In this document: positions 13,169-23,350 of the stretch, piece after piece
Position numbering within the stretch: position 1 is the stretch's first letter
Layout: every line of letters starts with the position of its first letter
Assembly: GCA_040756235.1 (NCBI GenBank)
Contig: JBFLZG010000146.1
Location: 1 to 37,895 of the forward strand
DNA from: a bacterium
GTDB taxonomy: Bacteria; Desulfobacterota; DSWW01
DNA: 37,895 bases
Reading direction: 5' to 3'
The notes under the pieces: model-generated
Database searches by the model: none
The model's input: the letters and a program-made list of their open reading frames with translations, nothing else
What the model was told of the DNA's origin: nothing
Position numbers and translations under genes: made by a program

Positions 13169-13203
13169 GCTCGAGGCCGGGGCTGCGGCCGGGGCCGGCC
13201 GCA

Positions 13204-13287
13204 GCGCGGCGCACGGCACGTGGCAAGAGGCAACAGGCAAGAACATAGAGCCAAGCGGCAAGAGCATCGAGGCAACAGGCGAGAGGC
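13204..13287 (+). repeat. Degenerate heptamer tandem repeat (about 12 units, consensus AAGAGGC) after a GC hairpin
   Basis: GCGCGGC GCACGGC ACGTGGC AAGAGGC AACAGGC AAGAACA TAGAGCC AAGCGGC AAGAGCA TCGAGGC AACAGGC GAGAGGC; perfect 10-bp stem at 13182-13205. Confidence 0.7.
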
Positions 13288-13295
13288 TTGATCCG

Positions 13296-15968
13296 GTGGA
13301 CGTGATCACGACCCACATCAACGCCGACTTCGACGCCCTGGGTTCCATGGTGGCGGCCAAGAAGCTCTACCCCGATGCGGTCATGGTCTTTCCCGGATCT
13401 CAGGAGAAGAGTCTGAGGCGGTTCTTCCTTCACTCCCTGCTCTACGCTTTCTCCTTCGAGAAGGCGCGCAAGATCGACCTCAAGAAGGTGCGGCGCCTCA
13501 TTCTCGTCGACATCCGGCAGAAGGACCGCATCGGGCCGTTCGCGGAGCTCGTGGACGCGCCCGGCGTGGAGCTCCACGTGTACGACCACCACCCGCCCAC
13601 GGACCAGGACGTCCGCGGCACCGTGGAAGTCTACAAGCCTTACGGCGCCACCGTGAGCCTGCTGGTGGAGCTCATCCGGGAGCGGTCGCTCCCCCTGAGC
13701 CCGGAAGACGCCACGATCCTCATGCTGGGGATCTACGAGGACACCGGCTCTCTGCTCTTCTCGTCGACCACGGTCCAGGACCTCGAGGCGGCCGCCTTCC
13801 TGCTGCGCTGCGGAGCGGACCTCAGGGTGGTCTCGGACCTGATCACGAGCGAGCTGACCCAGGACCAGGTGATCATGCTGAACGAGCTGATCCAGTCGCG
13901 CAGGGCTTACGACATCCATGGCATCGAGGTGAACATCTCGGAGGCGAGCGCGGACGGGTACGTGGGCGACCTGGCGGTGCTCGTCCACAAGCTCAAGGAC
14001 ATGGAGAACCTGGACGTGCTCTTCGTCCTGGCCAGGATGGAGAACCGCGTCTTCCTGGTCGCCAGGAGCCGGATCCGCGAGGTCGACGTGGGCGAGTTCG
14101 CGCGCTTCTTCGGCGGCGGCGGCCACCCTACGGCCGCCTCGGCGACCATCAAAGACCTGACGCTCTTCCAGGTGCGCGAGAAGCTGCTCTCGCGTCTTGG
14201 AGAGGTGCTGAAGCCCCTCTGGGGCAAGACGGTGCGGGACTACATGAGCTTCCCGGTGAAGACCGTGGAGAAGAGCGACACCGTCGAGCAGGCGGCCGAG
14301 GTGCTCAACCGCTTCAGCATCAGCAGCCTGCCGATCCTGGACGAGGGCCGGCTCTGCGGCATCATCAACCGGCAGACGGTGGAGAAGGCCGTCTACCACG
14401 GCTTGCAGGGAGAGCCGGTCGAACGATTCATGACCGCCCACTTTCAGTCCCTCGCCCCGGACGACCCCATGGAGAAGGCGCAGAGCGCTCTCGTCAGCGG
14501 CGGCCAGCGCTTCCTGCCGGTGGCCGAAGACGGGCGGATCGTGGGCGTGCTCACCCGCATGGACCTCGTCCAGTCCCTGTCGCACGCCGTGCGCATGCCG
14601 GGCGAAGAGCCGCTCCCGGAGGAGGGGACGGCGGCCGCCGAAGAGCGGGAGAAGCGGGTCACCCGGCTCATGCAGGAGCGGCTCCCGCGGCGGGTCTTTC
14701 AGCTCCTTTCCGAGCTCGGGGAGATCGCCGAAGAGCTCGGGATGCGCGTCTATCTGGTGGGCGGGGTGGTCCGGGACCTGCTGCTGCGCCGGGACAACCT
14801 GGACCTCGACCTGGTCGTGGAAGGGGAAGGGATCGCTTTTGCCGAGAAGCTGTCGGAGCGCTACCAGGCCCGCATCCGCACCCACCAGCGCTTCGGCACG
14901 GCCCGGGTCCTTTTTCCGGAGGGCTACCCGATCGACATCGCCACCGCCCGGCTCGAGTACTATGACAAGCCGGCCGCCCTGCCGCACGTGGAGTGGAGCT
15001 CCCTCAAGCTCGATCTGTACCGCCGCGACTTCACGATCAACTCCCTGGCCATCCGGCTCAACTCGGGAAGCCTGGGCGAGCTGGTCGATTTCTTCGGCGG
15101 CCAGAAGGACATCAAGGACAAGGTCGTCCGGGTCATCCAGAGCATGAGCTTCATCGAAGATCCGACCCGCATCTTCCGGGCCCTGCGCTTCGCCGAACGG
15201 TTCGGGTTCCGCCTGGGGAGACAGACCAAGTATCTCATGCAGAACGCCATTCGCATGGGGTTCCCGGAGCAGCTCGACGGCAGGAGACTCTTTTCCGAGC
15301 TCAAGCTGATCCTCGGAGAAGAGCGGCCGGTCGCCATCCTGGAACGCATGCATGCGTTCGGGCTCCTGCGATTCATCCATCCCGGCCTGAGCCTGGACGC
15401 GCGCCTGCGCGGCATGCTCGAGAGGGCGCGGGAAGTCTGCACCTGGTTCCGGCTCCTCTACCTGGACGTGCAGTGGGAGGAGTGGATCGTTCTGTTGCTC
15501 GCCCTTATGGCCTTCCTGAACGGCGACGACTTCCATCAGGTGTGCACGCGCCTGGACCTCCGGAGCGGCAAGGTCGCGGACAGGGTTCGGGAAAAGGGAG
15601 AAGCGGACAAGGTGCTCAGGCACTTCGCGGCCAGCCGCTCGGATCCGAGGCCCAGCCAGATCTACCGCAGGATGGCCCCCCTGTCGATCGAGGCCCTGCT
15701 GTTCATGATGGCCAAGACCGGCCGGGAGGCGACGCGCAAGGCCGTCTCCCTGTACATCACCCAGCTGCGCAACGTGAAGACCTCGATCACAGGAACGGAC
15801 CTGAGGCAGCTCGGATACCCTTCCGGCCCGCTCTACCGCGAGATCCTGGACAAGGTGCTCGATGCCAGGCTGAACGGAGAGGTGACGGACCGCGACTCCG
15901 AGATCAAGTGGGTCCGCCGCAGGTTTCCGCTCAAGGGGTCGCTCCGGGCCCGGCATCCCGCGGGCTGA
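13296..15968 (+). CDS. DHH/DHHA1 + CBS-pair class II tRNA nucleotidyltransferase (CCA-adding family, probably the A-adding type)
   Basis: THINADFDAL, YDHH, GGGGHPTAAS, two CBS repeats, YLVGGVVRDLLL..DLD, DIATARLEYY, DLYRRDFTIN, SFIEDPTRIFRALRF. Confidence 0.9.
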   Translation: MDVITTHINADFDALGSMVAAKKLYPDAVMVFPGSQEKSLRRFFLHSLLYAFSFEKARKIDLKKVRRLILVDIRQKDRIGPFAELVDAPGVELHVYDHHPPTDQDVRGTVEVYKPYGATVSLLVELIRERSLPLSPEDATILMLGIYEDTGSLLFSSTTVQDLEAAAFLLRCGADLRVVSDLITSELTQDQVIMLNELIQSRRAYDIHGIEVNISEASADGYVGDLAVLVHKLKDMENLDVLFVLARMENRVFLVARSRIREVDVGEFARFFGGGGHPTAASATIKDLTLFQVREKLLSRLGEVLKPLWGKTVRDYMSFPVKTVEKSDTVEQAAEVLNRFSISSLPILDEGRLCGIINRQTVEKAVYHGLQGEPVERFMTAHFQSLAPDDPMEKAQSALVSGGQRFLPVAEDGRIVGVLTRMDLVQSLSHAVRMPGEEPLPEEGTAAAEEREKRVTRLMQERLPRRVFQLLSELGEIAEELGMRVYLVGGVVRDLLLRRDNLDLDLVVEGEGIAFAEKLSERYQARIRTHQRFGTARVLFPEGYPIDIATARLEYYDKPAALPHVEWSSLKLDLYRRDFTINSLAIRLNSGSLGELVDFFGGQKDIKDKVVRVIQSMSFIEDPTRIFRALRFAERFGFRLGRQTKYLMQNAIRMGFPEQLDGRRLFSELKLILGEERPVAILERMHAFGLLRFIHPGLSLDARLRGMLERAREVCTWFRLLYLDVQWEEWIVLLLALMAFLNGDDFHQVCTRLDLRSGKVADRVREKGEADKVLRHFAASRSDPRPSQIYRRMAPLSIEALLFMMAKTGREATRKAVSLYITQLRNVKTSITGTDLRQLGYPSGPLYREILDKVLDARLNGEVTDRDSEIKWVRRRFPLKGSLRARHPAG

Positions 15969-16039
15969 GCTCGGCCATGCGAGGCTTTGTCCTATTTCGT
16001 CGTCCCGGCCCATTTGCGGAGCGCACGCACCCGCTCTCA

Positions 16040-16116
16040 TTGACAAGCAGAAACCCCTTTTGTTACACGTGGACGTTGGCTGAAGCGCCTTCCGGACGTG
16101 TAGGAGGCGCTCTTTT
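16040..16116 (+). promoter_or_regulatory. Putative promoter followed by a terminator-like hairpin, upstream of the site-2 protease operon
   Basis: TTGACA at 16040-16045, a weak TG-n-TACAC -10 region, then AGCGCCTTCC...AGGAGGCGCT followed by CTTTT. Confidence 0.35.
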
Positions 16117-16155
16117 CCACCACGTTGCGCAGGGCACTGAAGGAAGACTCAAGTC

Positions 16156-16254
16156 AAATCCCCCCTCCCCCCTTTTCCAAAGGGGGGAGAAGAGGGAAGG
16201 CTCCTATCTCCAATTTTCTCACCCCCCTTTTGTAAAGGGGGGCTGGGGGGATTT
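16156..16254. repeat. CCCCCCTTT-NN-AAAGGGGGG double-hairpin miniature repeat
   Basis: Terminal AAATCCCCCC / GGGGGGATTT; two internal hairpins CCCCCCTTTTCCAAAGGGGGG and CCCCCCTTTTGTAAAGGGGGG; degenerate relative near 5843-5888. Confidence 0.75.
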
Positions 16255-16277
16255 GGATGGGAGCGCGAGGGAAACGT

Positions 16278-16925
16278 ATGAACCTGCAGGAGCTCGCCGT
16301 CGTCGTGCCGCCTCTGCTGCTGGCCGTGACCTTCCACGAGGCGATGCACGGCTACGTGGCCTATCGCCTCGGGGACCCGACCGCGAAATATATGGGCCGT
16401 CTGACCCTGAACCCTCTGGCCCACATCGACCCGTTCGGCACGATCCTCATTCCCGGGCTCCTCTTTCTGACCAACGCTCCTTTCCTGTTCGGGTGGGCCA
16501 AGCCGGTCCCGGTGAACTTCGGCCGCCTGCGCAACCCCAAGAACGACATGGCCTGGGTGGCCCTGTCCGGGCCTCTGACCAACCTGACGCTGGCGGCCGT
16601 GAGCGCCCTATTGTACCGCCTGCTCCTGCTCGCCGGAGCGCCCGGCGAGGGCCCCTTCAGCATCGTGAGCTTCTTCGTCTACATGGCGGAGTTCAGCGTC
16701 CGCTTCAACGTGCTGCTGGCCATCTTCAATCTCATCCCGGTGCCGCCGCTGGACGGCGGGCGCATCCTCGTCGGGGTCCTTCCCAGGGACCAGGCCGAAG
16801 CGGTGGCGCGCGTGGAGCCGTTCGGGATGTACGTGCTCGTCATCCTCATCTTCCTGAATCCCTTCGGCATCATGGGCATCGTGTGGGGCACGATCTCCGT
16901 CGTGTCCAGAGCATTTTTGGGCTAG
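16278..16925 (+). CDS. Site-2 protease family (peptidase M50) membrane metalloprotease
   Basis: HEAMH zinc motif, GRLTLNPLAHID, GWAKPVPVN, GPLTN, FNLIPVPPLDG. Confidence 0.93.
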   Translation: MNLQELAVVVPPLLLAVTFHEAMHGYVAYRLGDPTAKYMGRLTLNPLAHIDPFGTILIPGLLFLTNAPFLFGWAKPVPVNFGRLRNPKNDMAWVALSGPLTNLTLAAVSALLYRLLLLAGAPGEGPFSIVSFFVYMAEFSVRFNVLLAIFNLIPVPPLDGGRILVGVLPRDQAEAVARVEPFGMYVLVILIFLNPFGIMGIVWGTISVVSRAFLG

Positions 16926-16947
16926 CGTGTCGCGGGGCGGGCGTGCA

Positions 16948-17730
16948 ATGACCTACCAAGTGAAGGTGCAGGATTTCGAGGGCCCGCTGGATCTCCTGCT
17001 GCACCTGATCCGCAAGAACGAGCTCGACATCTACACGGTCCGCATCTCGGACATCGCCAATCAGTACCTGGAATACATCGAAGTCCTGCAGCACCTGAAC
17101 CTGGACGGCGTGGGCGATTTCCTGCTCATGGCGGCGACCCTGGCCTATCACAAGTCCCGGATGCTCCTGCCCGTGGCGGACGACGGCCAGGACATGGAAG
17201 AGGAGGACGGGATCGAGTCCATGGAGGAGCTGCACCGCAGGCTCATCGAATACCAGCAGTTCAAGGAGGCGGCCCAGGCCCTCCAGGAAAGGAGCCTGCT
17301 TGATCGGGACGTGTTCCGGGTGCGGGTGGCGGAAGCGGCCGAAGGGCCGCAGGAGGACGACCAGCCCCCGCTCAAGGCCTCGCTCTTCGATCTGCTCGAC
17401 GCCTTCCAGCACGTCCTCAAGCAGGCGCCGAAAGAGGCGGTGCACGAGGTCATGCCGGAGCGGATCCGCCTGACCGAGCGGATCATGGAAGTGCTCGACC
17501 TCCTGAACGAGAAGAAGTCGCTCGGCTTCGAAGCGCTGTTCGAGGGGAACGCCTCCCGGCACATGATGGTGATGACCTTTCTCTCCATCCTGGAGCTGGT
17601 GCGGATGCAGATCATCCGGGCGTACCAGCCGGATGCCTTCGGGCCGATCCTGCTGAGGCTTCTGAGCGACGGCGAAGGCGACCCCAAGGACAGGATCAAG
17701 GCCAATCTGAACCCGGACGAATACGGATGA
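16948..17730 (+). CDS. scpA: Segregation and condensation protein A (kleisin)
   Basis: FEGPLDLLLHLI, FLLMAATL..KSRMLLP, L.EYQQFK, TFLSILELVR. Confidence 0.93.
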   Translation: MTYQVKVQDFEGPLDLLLHLIRKNELDIYTVRISDIANQYLEYIEVLQHLNLDGVGDFLLMAATLAYHKSRMLLPVADDGQDMEEEDGIESMEELHRRLIEYQQFKEAAQALQERSLLDRDVFRVRVAEAAEGPQEDDQPPLKASLFDLLDAFQHVLKQAPKEAVHEVMPERIRLTERIMEVLDLLNEKKSLGFEALFEGNASRHMMVMTFLSILELVRMQIIRAYQPDAFGPILLRLLSDGEGDPKDRIKANLNPDEYG

Positions 17731-19079
17731 GGCCGATGGCAGAGACAGAGGAGACGGCGGAAGAAGAAGGCGCGGAACGGGCCGAAGGGTCGCCGGAGAA
17801 GGAAGCGACCGCCGGTGCCGGAGGCGGGGGGGCACCGGCTTGCGCGGCGCCCGAGTGCCTTGCCGAGCCGGACGGCACTGCCGGCGACTTCCTCCTTCAG
17901 GCGGCGGCGCAGGAAGGAGGGGTAGGAACGGACGGGGCTGCGGCTGCGGCTCCAGCTGCGCATGAGGATGAGGCCGAGGAAGCGGCCGCGTCCGGCGCAA
18001 GCAGGCTCAAGTCGATTCTGGAAGCCCTGATCTTCTGCTCCGAGACGGCCTTGTCCTTCGACCGGCTGGCAGCGCTCGTCGACGGATGCCAGCGCAAGGA
18101 GCTCAAGGCTGCCCTGGACGGGCTCGTCCAGGACTACCGGCAGAGGGAAGGGGCATTCGAGATCGTCGAGGTGGCCCACGGATATCAGGTGCGCACACGG
18201 CCCGAGCTCGCCAAGTGGGTGGCCAGGCTGCGGCAGCAGCGGCCGGCGCGCCTGAGCCGCGCGGCTCTCGAGGTCGCGGCCATTGTCGCGTACCGGCAGC
18301 CGGCGACGCGCGCCGAGATCGAGTCGATCCGAGGGGTGGATTGCGCCGCTCCGATCGGCTCTCTGCTCGAGAAGCGGCTCATCCGGATGGTCGGGAGGAA
18401 AGAGGTCCCCGGCCGCCCGATCCTTTACGGAACCACGCCGGAGTTCCTGGAGCTGTTCGGCCTCAAGGACCTCAAGAGCCTGCCCACGCTGAAGGAAATC
18501 GAGGGAATGTTCCAGAAGGCCGAGGCCGAGGCAGGCGACGGCGCCGGGGACGGCGCCGAGGCGCGGGCGGGCACCGGGCCGCAGGAGGGTGCGGCTGCGG
18601 CCGGAGAGGCGGGCGTCCCCGGCACGCCGGACGGGCAGGGCGCCGGGACGGGTGGCATCGCGGGCAGCCTCGAGGCGCCGGCCGCGGCCGCGGGAAGGCC
18701 CGCGGCGTCCTTCTCTCGGGAAAGCGAACGGGAGCCCCGGGAGGCTGCGGGCGCCCAGGCCGGCGCGGCGCTCTCCTCGCGGGAGATCTCGGGTTCCGAT
18801 ACGCCGGGGACGTTCGGCTCGGAGGATGGTGAGGAAGGAGAAGAAGGGGAGGGCGAGGAATTCGATGCCGGTCTGGGAGAGGGGGAGTCCCTCGACGACA
18901 TCGCTTTGCGCGACGCGATGGATGAAGTGCTCAGGAGGACCAAGACGCGCATCGTGCGCTACGAGGACGTGATGCTTGAAGCGCAGCAAGGCGAGGCCGG
19001 CCCCGAAGGCGAAGATCGGGGAAATGCGGAAAAGGAAGCTGAGGACAAGAAGCCGGGCGAAGGTTCGAACGAGCCGTGA
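17727..19079 (+). CDS. scpB: SMC-Scp complex subunit ScpB with long acidic low-complexity N- and C-terminal extensions
   Basis: LKSILEALIF, GYQVRTRPE, LSRAALEV.AIVAYRQP.TRAEIE.IRGV, GRPILYGTT.EFL..FGL.DL..LP. Start is 17727 (ATGA overlap) or 17736. Confidence 0.9.
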   Translation: MRPMAETEETAEEEGAERAEGSPEKEATAGAGGGGAPACAAPECLAEPDGTAGDFLLQAAAQEGGVGTDGAAAAAPAAHEDEAEEAAASGASRLKSILEALIFCSETALSFDRLAALVDGCQRKELKAALDGLVQDYRQREGAFEIVEVAHGYQVRTRPELAKWVARLRQQRPARLSRAALEVAAIVAYRQPATRAEIESIRGVDCAAPIGSLLEKRLIRMVGRKEVPGRPILYGTTPEFLELFGLKDLKSLPTLKEIEGMFQKAEAEAGDGAGDGAEARAGTGPQEGAAAAGEAGVPGTPDGQGAGTGGIAGSLEAPAAAAGRPAASFSRESEREPREAAGAQAGAALSSREISGSDTPGTFGSEDGEEGEEGEGEEFDAGLGEGESLDDIALRDAMDEVLRRTKTRIVRYEDVMLEAQQGEAGPEGEDRGNAEKEAEDKKPGEGSNEP

Positions 19080-19101
19080 CGATCAAAAGGCCTGAGCTGG
19101 C

Positions 19102-19965
<864 letters not shown>

Positions 19966-19974
19966 AACAAAATC

Positions 19975-20005
19975 AAGGGGCTATGGTTCTTCCATAGCCC
20001 CTTTT
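19975..20005 (+). terminator. Rho-independent terminator
   Basis: AAGGGGCTATGG-ttctt-CCATAGCCCCTT-TT. Confidence 0.8.
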
Positions 20006-20193
20006 GAGTTGTGCAGCCGCCATTCCCCAACACTATCTCCAACATCCCGCGAAAAAACTTCGACCTGGCCTCATGGCAAGGGCAAAGCGGCCCGAGAGAG
20101 TCCGTCATGGGCTCTTTTGACCGGGTTTTCACATGCCGGTTTTGTCCGTCGCGAGTCACCTCCGCATCAAGTAAGGTTCCGATGAGCTCATCA

Positions 20194-20487
20194 TTATTCC
20201 ACCTTCTCCCGGAACGTTGGCAGCGCCAACCTCCAGTGGATCGCGGCCGGGCGAACACAGAACACGGTGAGCAGTCCGATCGGTATCGCCAGCGCCTGCG
20301 GCGCGTCAGCCGCCCTCGCTGCAAGGTAGATCAGCCCGCCGGCCAGCGAGGCGGTGGCATAGATTTCCCGCCGCATGATCAGCGGCGCCTCGCCACACAG
20401 TATGTCGCGTAGCATGCCACCGGCCACGCCGGTCATGATCCCGAGAATGAGCGCGACCAGGGGCGGCTCCAGCAGGGCTAGTCCTGC
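20194..20487 (-). pseudogene. C-terminal remnant of a TRIC / UPF0126 (YadS-like) membrane protein
   Basis: LVALILGIMTGVAGGMLRDILCGEAPLIMRREIYATASLAGG..W.L.LP matches the second repeat of the family; in-frame TAG upstream and no N-terminal half. Confidence 0.75.
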
Positions 20488-20580
20488 CCTCTACCCACAA
20501 GTCGGCCATCAGGGACGCAACGCAAATCCAGCTCGAAACCGTCATTCGGGAGGGACCAGGGAGCGGACAGCCGCGGTTTC

Positions 20581-20712
20581 CTCAGTTCCGTCACCCCGGC
20601 GCAGGCCGGGGTCCAGTCCCCGCTCCGCGTGATGACACCTCCGTTCCCTTGTGCAGACTTCTGGATCCCGGCTCGCACACGCTACGCGGCGGGGCCGGGA
20701 TGACGGACTGAG
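20581..20712. repeat. Uninterrupted copy of the REP-like family at 5923-6254, opposite orientation
   Basis: CCGTCACCCCGGCGCAGGCCGGGGTCCAG...CTGGATCCCGGCTCGCAC...GCCGGGATGACGG, bounded by CTCAGT/ACTGAG. Confidence 0.75.
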
Positions 20713-20755
20713 TCAGTGTGATCTTTCAGATTTGACTTGTGGGTAATGCGCAGGG

Positions 20756-21391
20756 CTAGTCAGGGGTCCGAGGCTCTGACCGGGCACTGAGTTTGTGGGC
20801 ATCTGAGGCGGCCCAAGGCCTGATGTCCATCAGCAGGTAGTACGAACACTGGCCATCGCTATGATTGGCGAATGAGTGGGGGCGGTCGCCTGCGTAACAG
20901 ATAGCGTCTCCGTCGGCCAACTCGTATGCCTCACCGTCGATGGTTAGGGTCAGCTTGCCACTCTGTACGGCCACCCACTCTTGCGACCCCGGAGCGTGAG
21001 GAGTGAACTCGGGACCGAGGGTGCGCGGTGGAGCTGTGCACCGGAAGAACTGAAGCTCCCCATGCGCCAGTGGGGGCGAGAGAAGGTGCCACTCCCAGCC
21101 GTTAGAGTCTCGACCGATTTGCTGAGAGTCTCTCCTGAGAACGACGACTTGTCGGGTGTCTGGCTCCTCAAGCAGCCTGCCGATCGAGGAACCAAGACCT
21201 GAAGCGATACGGTCGAGAACCAGGACGGAAGGAATCTTCGAACCTCTCTCGACCTCGGACAACATGCTGCGGCTTACGCTGCTACGCAAGGCGAGATCGT
21301 CGAGCGACATTCCGCGTGCTCTCCGAACGCTACGGATGCGGGACCCCAAATCCGAGACTTTGAGCCCGTTGGAAAAGGCGTAAGAATCCAC
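20756..21391 (-). CDS. XRE-family HTH + cupin transcriptional regulator (PuuR/SutR-like)
   Basis: LGSRIRSVRRARGMSLDDLA.RS.VSRSMLSEVERG..PS..VL.RIA; cupin H.PGSQEW..V.SG.L...L.DGD......PH.F.N. Start codon uncertain. Confidence 0.88.
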   Translation of the reverse strand: MDSYAFSNGLKVSDLGSRIRSVRRARGMSLDDLALRSSVSRSMLSEVERGSKIPSVLVLDRIASGLGSSIGRLLEEPDTRQVVVLRRDSQQIGRDSNGWEWHLLSPPLAHGELQFFRCTAPPRTLGPEFTPHAPGSQEWVAVQSGKLTLTIDGEAYELADGDAICYAGDRPHSFANHSDGQCSYYLLMDIRPWAASDAHKLSARSEPRTPD

Positions 21392-21480
21392 TTGACAGCC
21401 TCCGCTATGGTAGATTAATATCCGCTAAAGAGGAATAATAAACTCGATAGAGGAATATGCTCCTTTATTGTAGATGAAAC
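21392..21480. promoter_or_regulatory. Divergent promoter region with four operator-like repeats phased at 20 bp
   Basis: TTGACA at 21392. Units at 21401 TCCGCTATGGTAGATTA, 21421 TCCGCTAAAGAGGAATA, 21441 AACTCGATAGAGGAATA, 21461 TCCTTTATTGTAGATGA. Confidence 0.6.
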
Positions 21481-21530
21481 CGCATAACGTGGCAACCTTG
21501 CTTTGCACCCCAGAACCTTCAGGAGGACCA

Positions 21531-23315
21531 ATGGAAGTCCATGCCGAATTCCGGCCGCGGACTGAACTGCGAGATGGCATGCGTATGGACTGGCAAGTTC
21601 CTATCCGAATGGAGGACGGCATCGTTCTGAGAGCCGATGTCTTCCGTCCGATCCGCGAAGGTCGCTACCCCGTGATCCTCACCTACGGTCCCTATGCGAA
21701 AGGCGCAGCGTTTCAAGAGGTCTACCCCGTGCAGTGGGAGCTGATGGTTGCGGAATTCCCCGAGGTCGCTCGGGGCTCAACGTGCAAGTACCAGAACTGG
21801 GAGGTAGTCGATCCCGAGAAATGGGTGCCGGATGGATACTCGGTGGTGCGCGTCGACTCTCGTGGCAGCGGTTGGTCACCGGGGCTCCTCGACGTCTTCT
21901 CCCCTCGCGAGACAAAAGATCTGCGCGATTGCATCGAGTGGGCGGCGGCCCAGAGCTGGAGTAACGGCAAGGTCGGCTTGTGTGGCATCTCGTACTATGC
22001 CATCAACGCGTGGCAGGTTGCCGGGCTGCAGCCGCCTCATCTCAGCGCAATGATCCCCTGGGAGGGGGTGGCAGACCTCTACCGGGACGCGTGCTATCAC
22101 GGGGGAATCCTCTGCTGCTTCGCAGCCCTGTGGTATCCGGGCGAGGTCCTGCCCATGCAGTACGGGCGAGGAGAGCGTTCTTGTCGGAATCCAAATACTG
22201 GCGAGCCGGTGGCAGGTCCCGTGACTCTGACCGACGAGGAGCTTGCCGCCAGCAGGGTAGATGTATTCAGTGTGGTAAAGGGGCGGCCACTGGACGACGC
22301 GTGGTATCGCTCTCGGTCGGCAGACTGGTCGAAGATTCGCGTACCTTTCTTGTCGGCTGCCAACTGGGGCGGTCAGGGCCTCCACTCCCGCGGGAACTTC
22401 GAAGCCTTCATGAACGCCGCGTCGGAGCAGAAGTGGTTGGAGGTCCACGGGTTGGAGCACTGGGCGCTCTTCTACACCGACTACGGACTCTCACTCCAGA
22501 AGCGCTTCTTCGGCCACTTCCTCAAGGGAGAGGACACGGGCTGGGCGCAGCAACCCCGCGTCCTGCTCCAAGTGCGCCACGTCGATGGGGGATTCACGGA
22601 GCGCCATGAGAACGAGTGGCCTCTGGCGCGCACTCAGTGGACCAGGTACTACCTGGAGTCGTCACAGCTTCAGCTGCTCCTCACGCGGCCGGCCTTGGAG
22701 GGAGCCGTGGATTACGACCCGGCCGGAGAGGGGGTCACCTTTTGGACGGCGCCGGTCGAGGTCACCACGGAGATCACCGGCCCGATCGCCGCGAAGCTTT
22801 TCGTGAGCTCGTCCACACAAGACGCCGACCTGTTCGTTGTCGTGCGCGTGTTCGATCCGGATGGAAAAGAGGTGCTGCTGCGGGGCGCCCTGGATCCCAA
22901 TACCCCGATCGCTCAAGGATGGCTCAGAGCCTCCCATCGCGAACTGGATATCGACCGCAGCCGACCGTACCGTCCTCATCACAAGCACGAGAAAATTGCT
23001 CCGCTGCGGCCGGGTGAGATCTACGAGTTGGACGTGGAGATCTGGCCGACATGCCTCGTGATACCCGCTGGCTATCGGATCGCCTTCACAATTCGAGGAA
23101 GGGACTATGAGTGCGGACGTGAGCCTGCCGGTACCGCCAGGCGCCTTCCCTACCCCACGACCGGGTGCGGTCCTTGTCTGCATGTCGACCCGGGTGATCA
23201 CCGTAGCAATCCGCGCAATACTCGCGTGACGGTTCACACCGGTGGCGAAAACGCATCCTACCTGCTTCTTCCTGTTGTGCCAGAGCCCAGGCGAGGTTTG
23301 TTCGACCGAGGGTAA
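21531..23315 (+). CDS. CocE/NonD family alpha/beta hydrolase (peptidase S15)
   Basis: DGIVLRADVFRP, GPYAK, VD.RG.G.S.G, W...Q.WSNGKVG..GISYYA nucleophile elbow, C-terminal PepX_C-like TEITGP...GWLRASHR; AGGAGG RBS. Confidence 0.92.
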   Translation: MEVHAEFRPRTELRDGMRMDWQVPIRMEDGIVLRADVFRPIREGRYPVILTYGPYAKGAAFQEVYPVQWELMVAEFPEVARGSTCKYQNWEVVDPEKWVPDGYSVVRVDSRGSGWSPGLLDVFSPRETKDLRDCIEWAAAQSWSNGKVGLCGISYYAINAWQVAGLQPPHLSAMIPWEGVADLYRDACYHGGILCCFAALWYPGEVLPMQYGRGERSCRNPNTGEPVAGPVTLTDEELAASRVDVFSVVKGRPLDDAWYRSRSADWSKIRVPFLSAANWGGQGLHSRGNFEAFMNAASEQKWLEVHGLEHWALFYTDYGLSLQKRFFGHFLKGEDTGWAQQPRVLLQVRHVDGGFTERHENEWPLARTQWTRYYLESSQLQLLLTRPALEGAVDYDPAGEGVTFWTAPVEVTTEITGPIAAKLFVSSSTQDADLFVVVRVFDPDGKEVLLRGALDPNTPIAQGWLRASHRELDIDRSRPYRPHHKHEKIAPLRPGEIYELDVEIWPTCLVIPAGYRIAFTIRGRDYECGREPAGTARRLPYPTTGCGPCLHVDPGDHRSNPRNTRVTVHTGGENASYLLLPVVPEPRRGLFDRG

Positions 23316-23350
23316 TTAGATAACAACAACATCGGAAGAAGGAGAAGAGC

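Noticed and set aside
13128..16046. Long antisense ORFs (972 aa here; also 9651-11804, 6223-7725, 17148-18989)
   Set aside because: Shadow frames of GC-rich genes with no recognisable domains.
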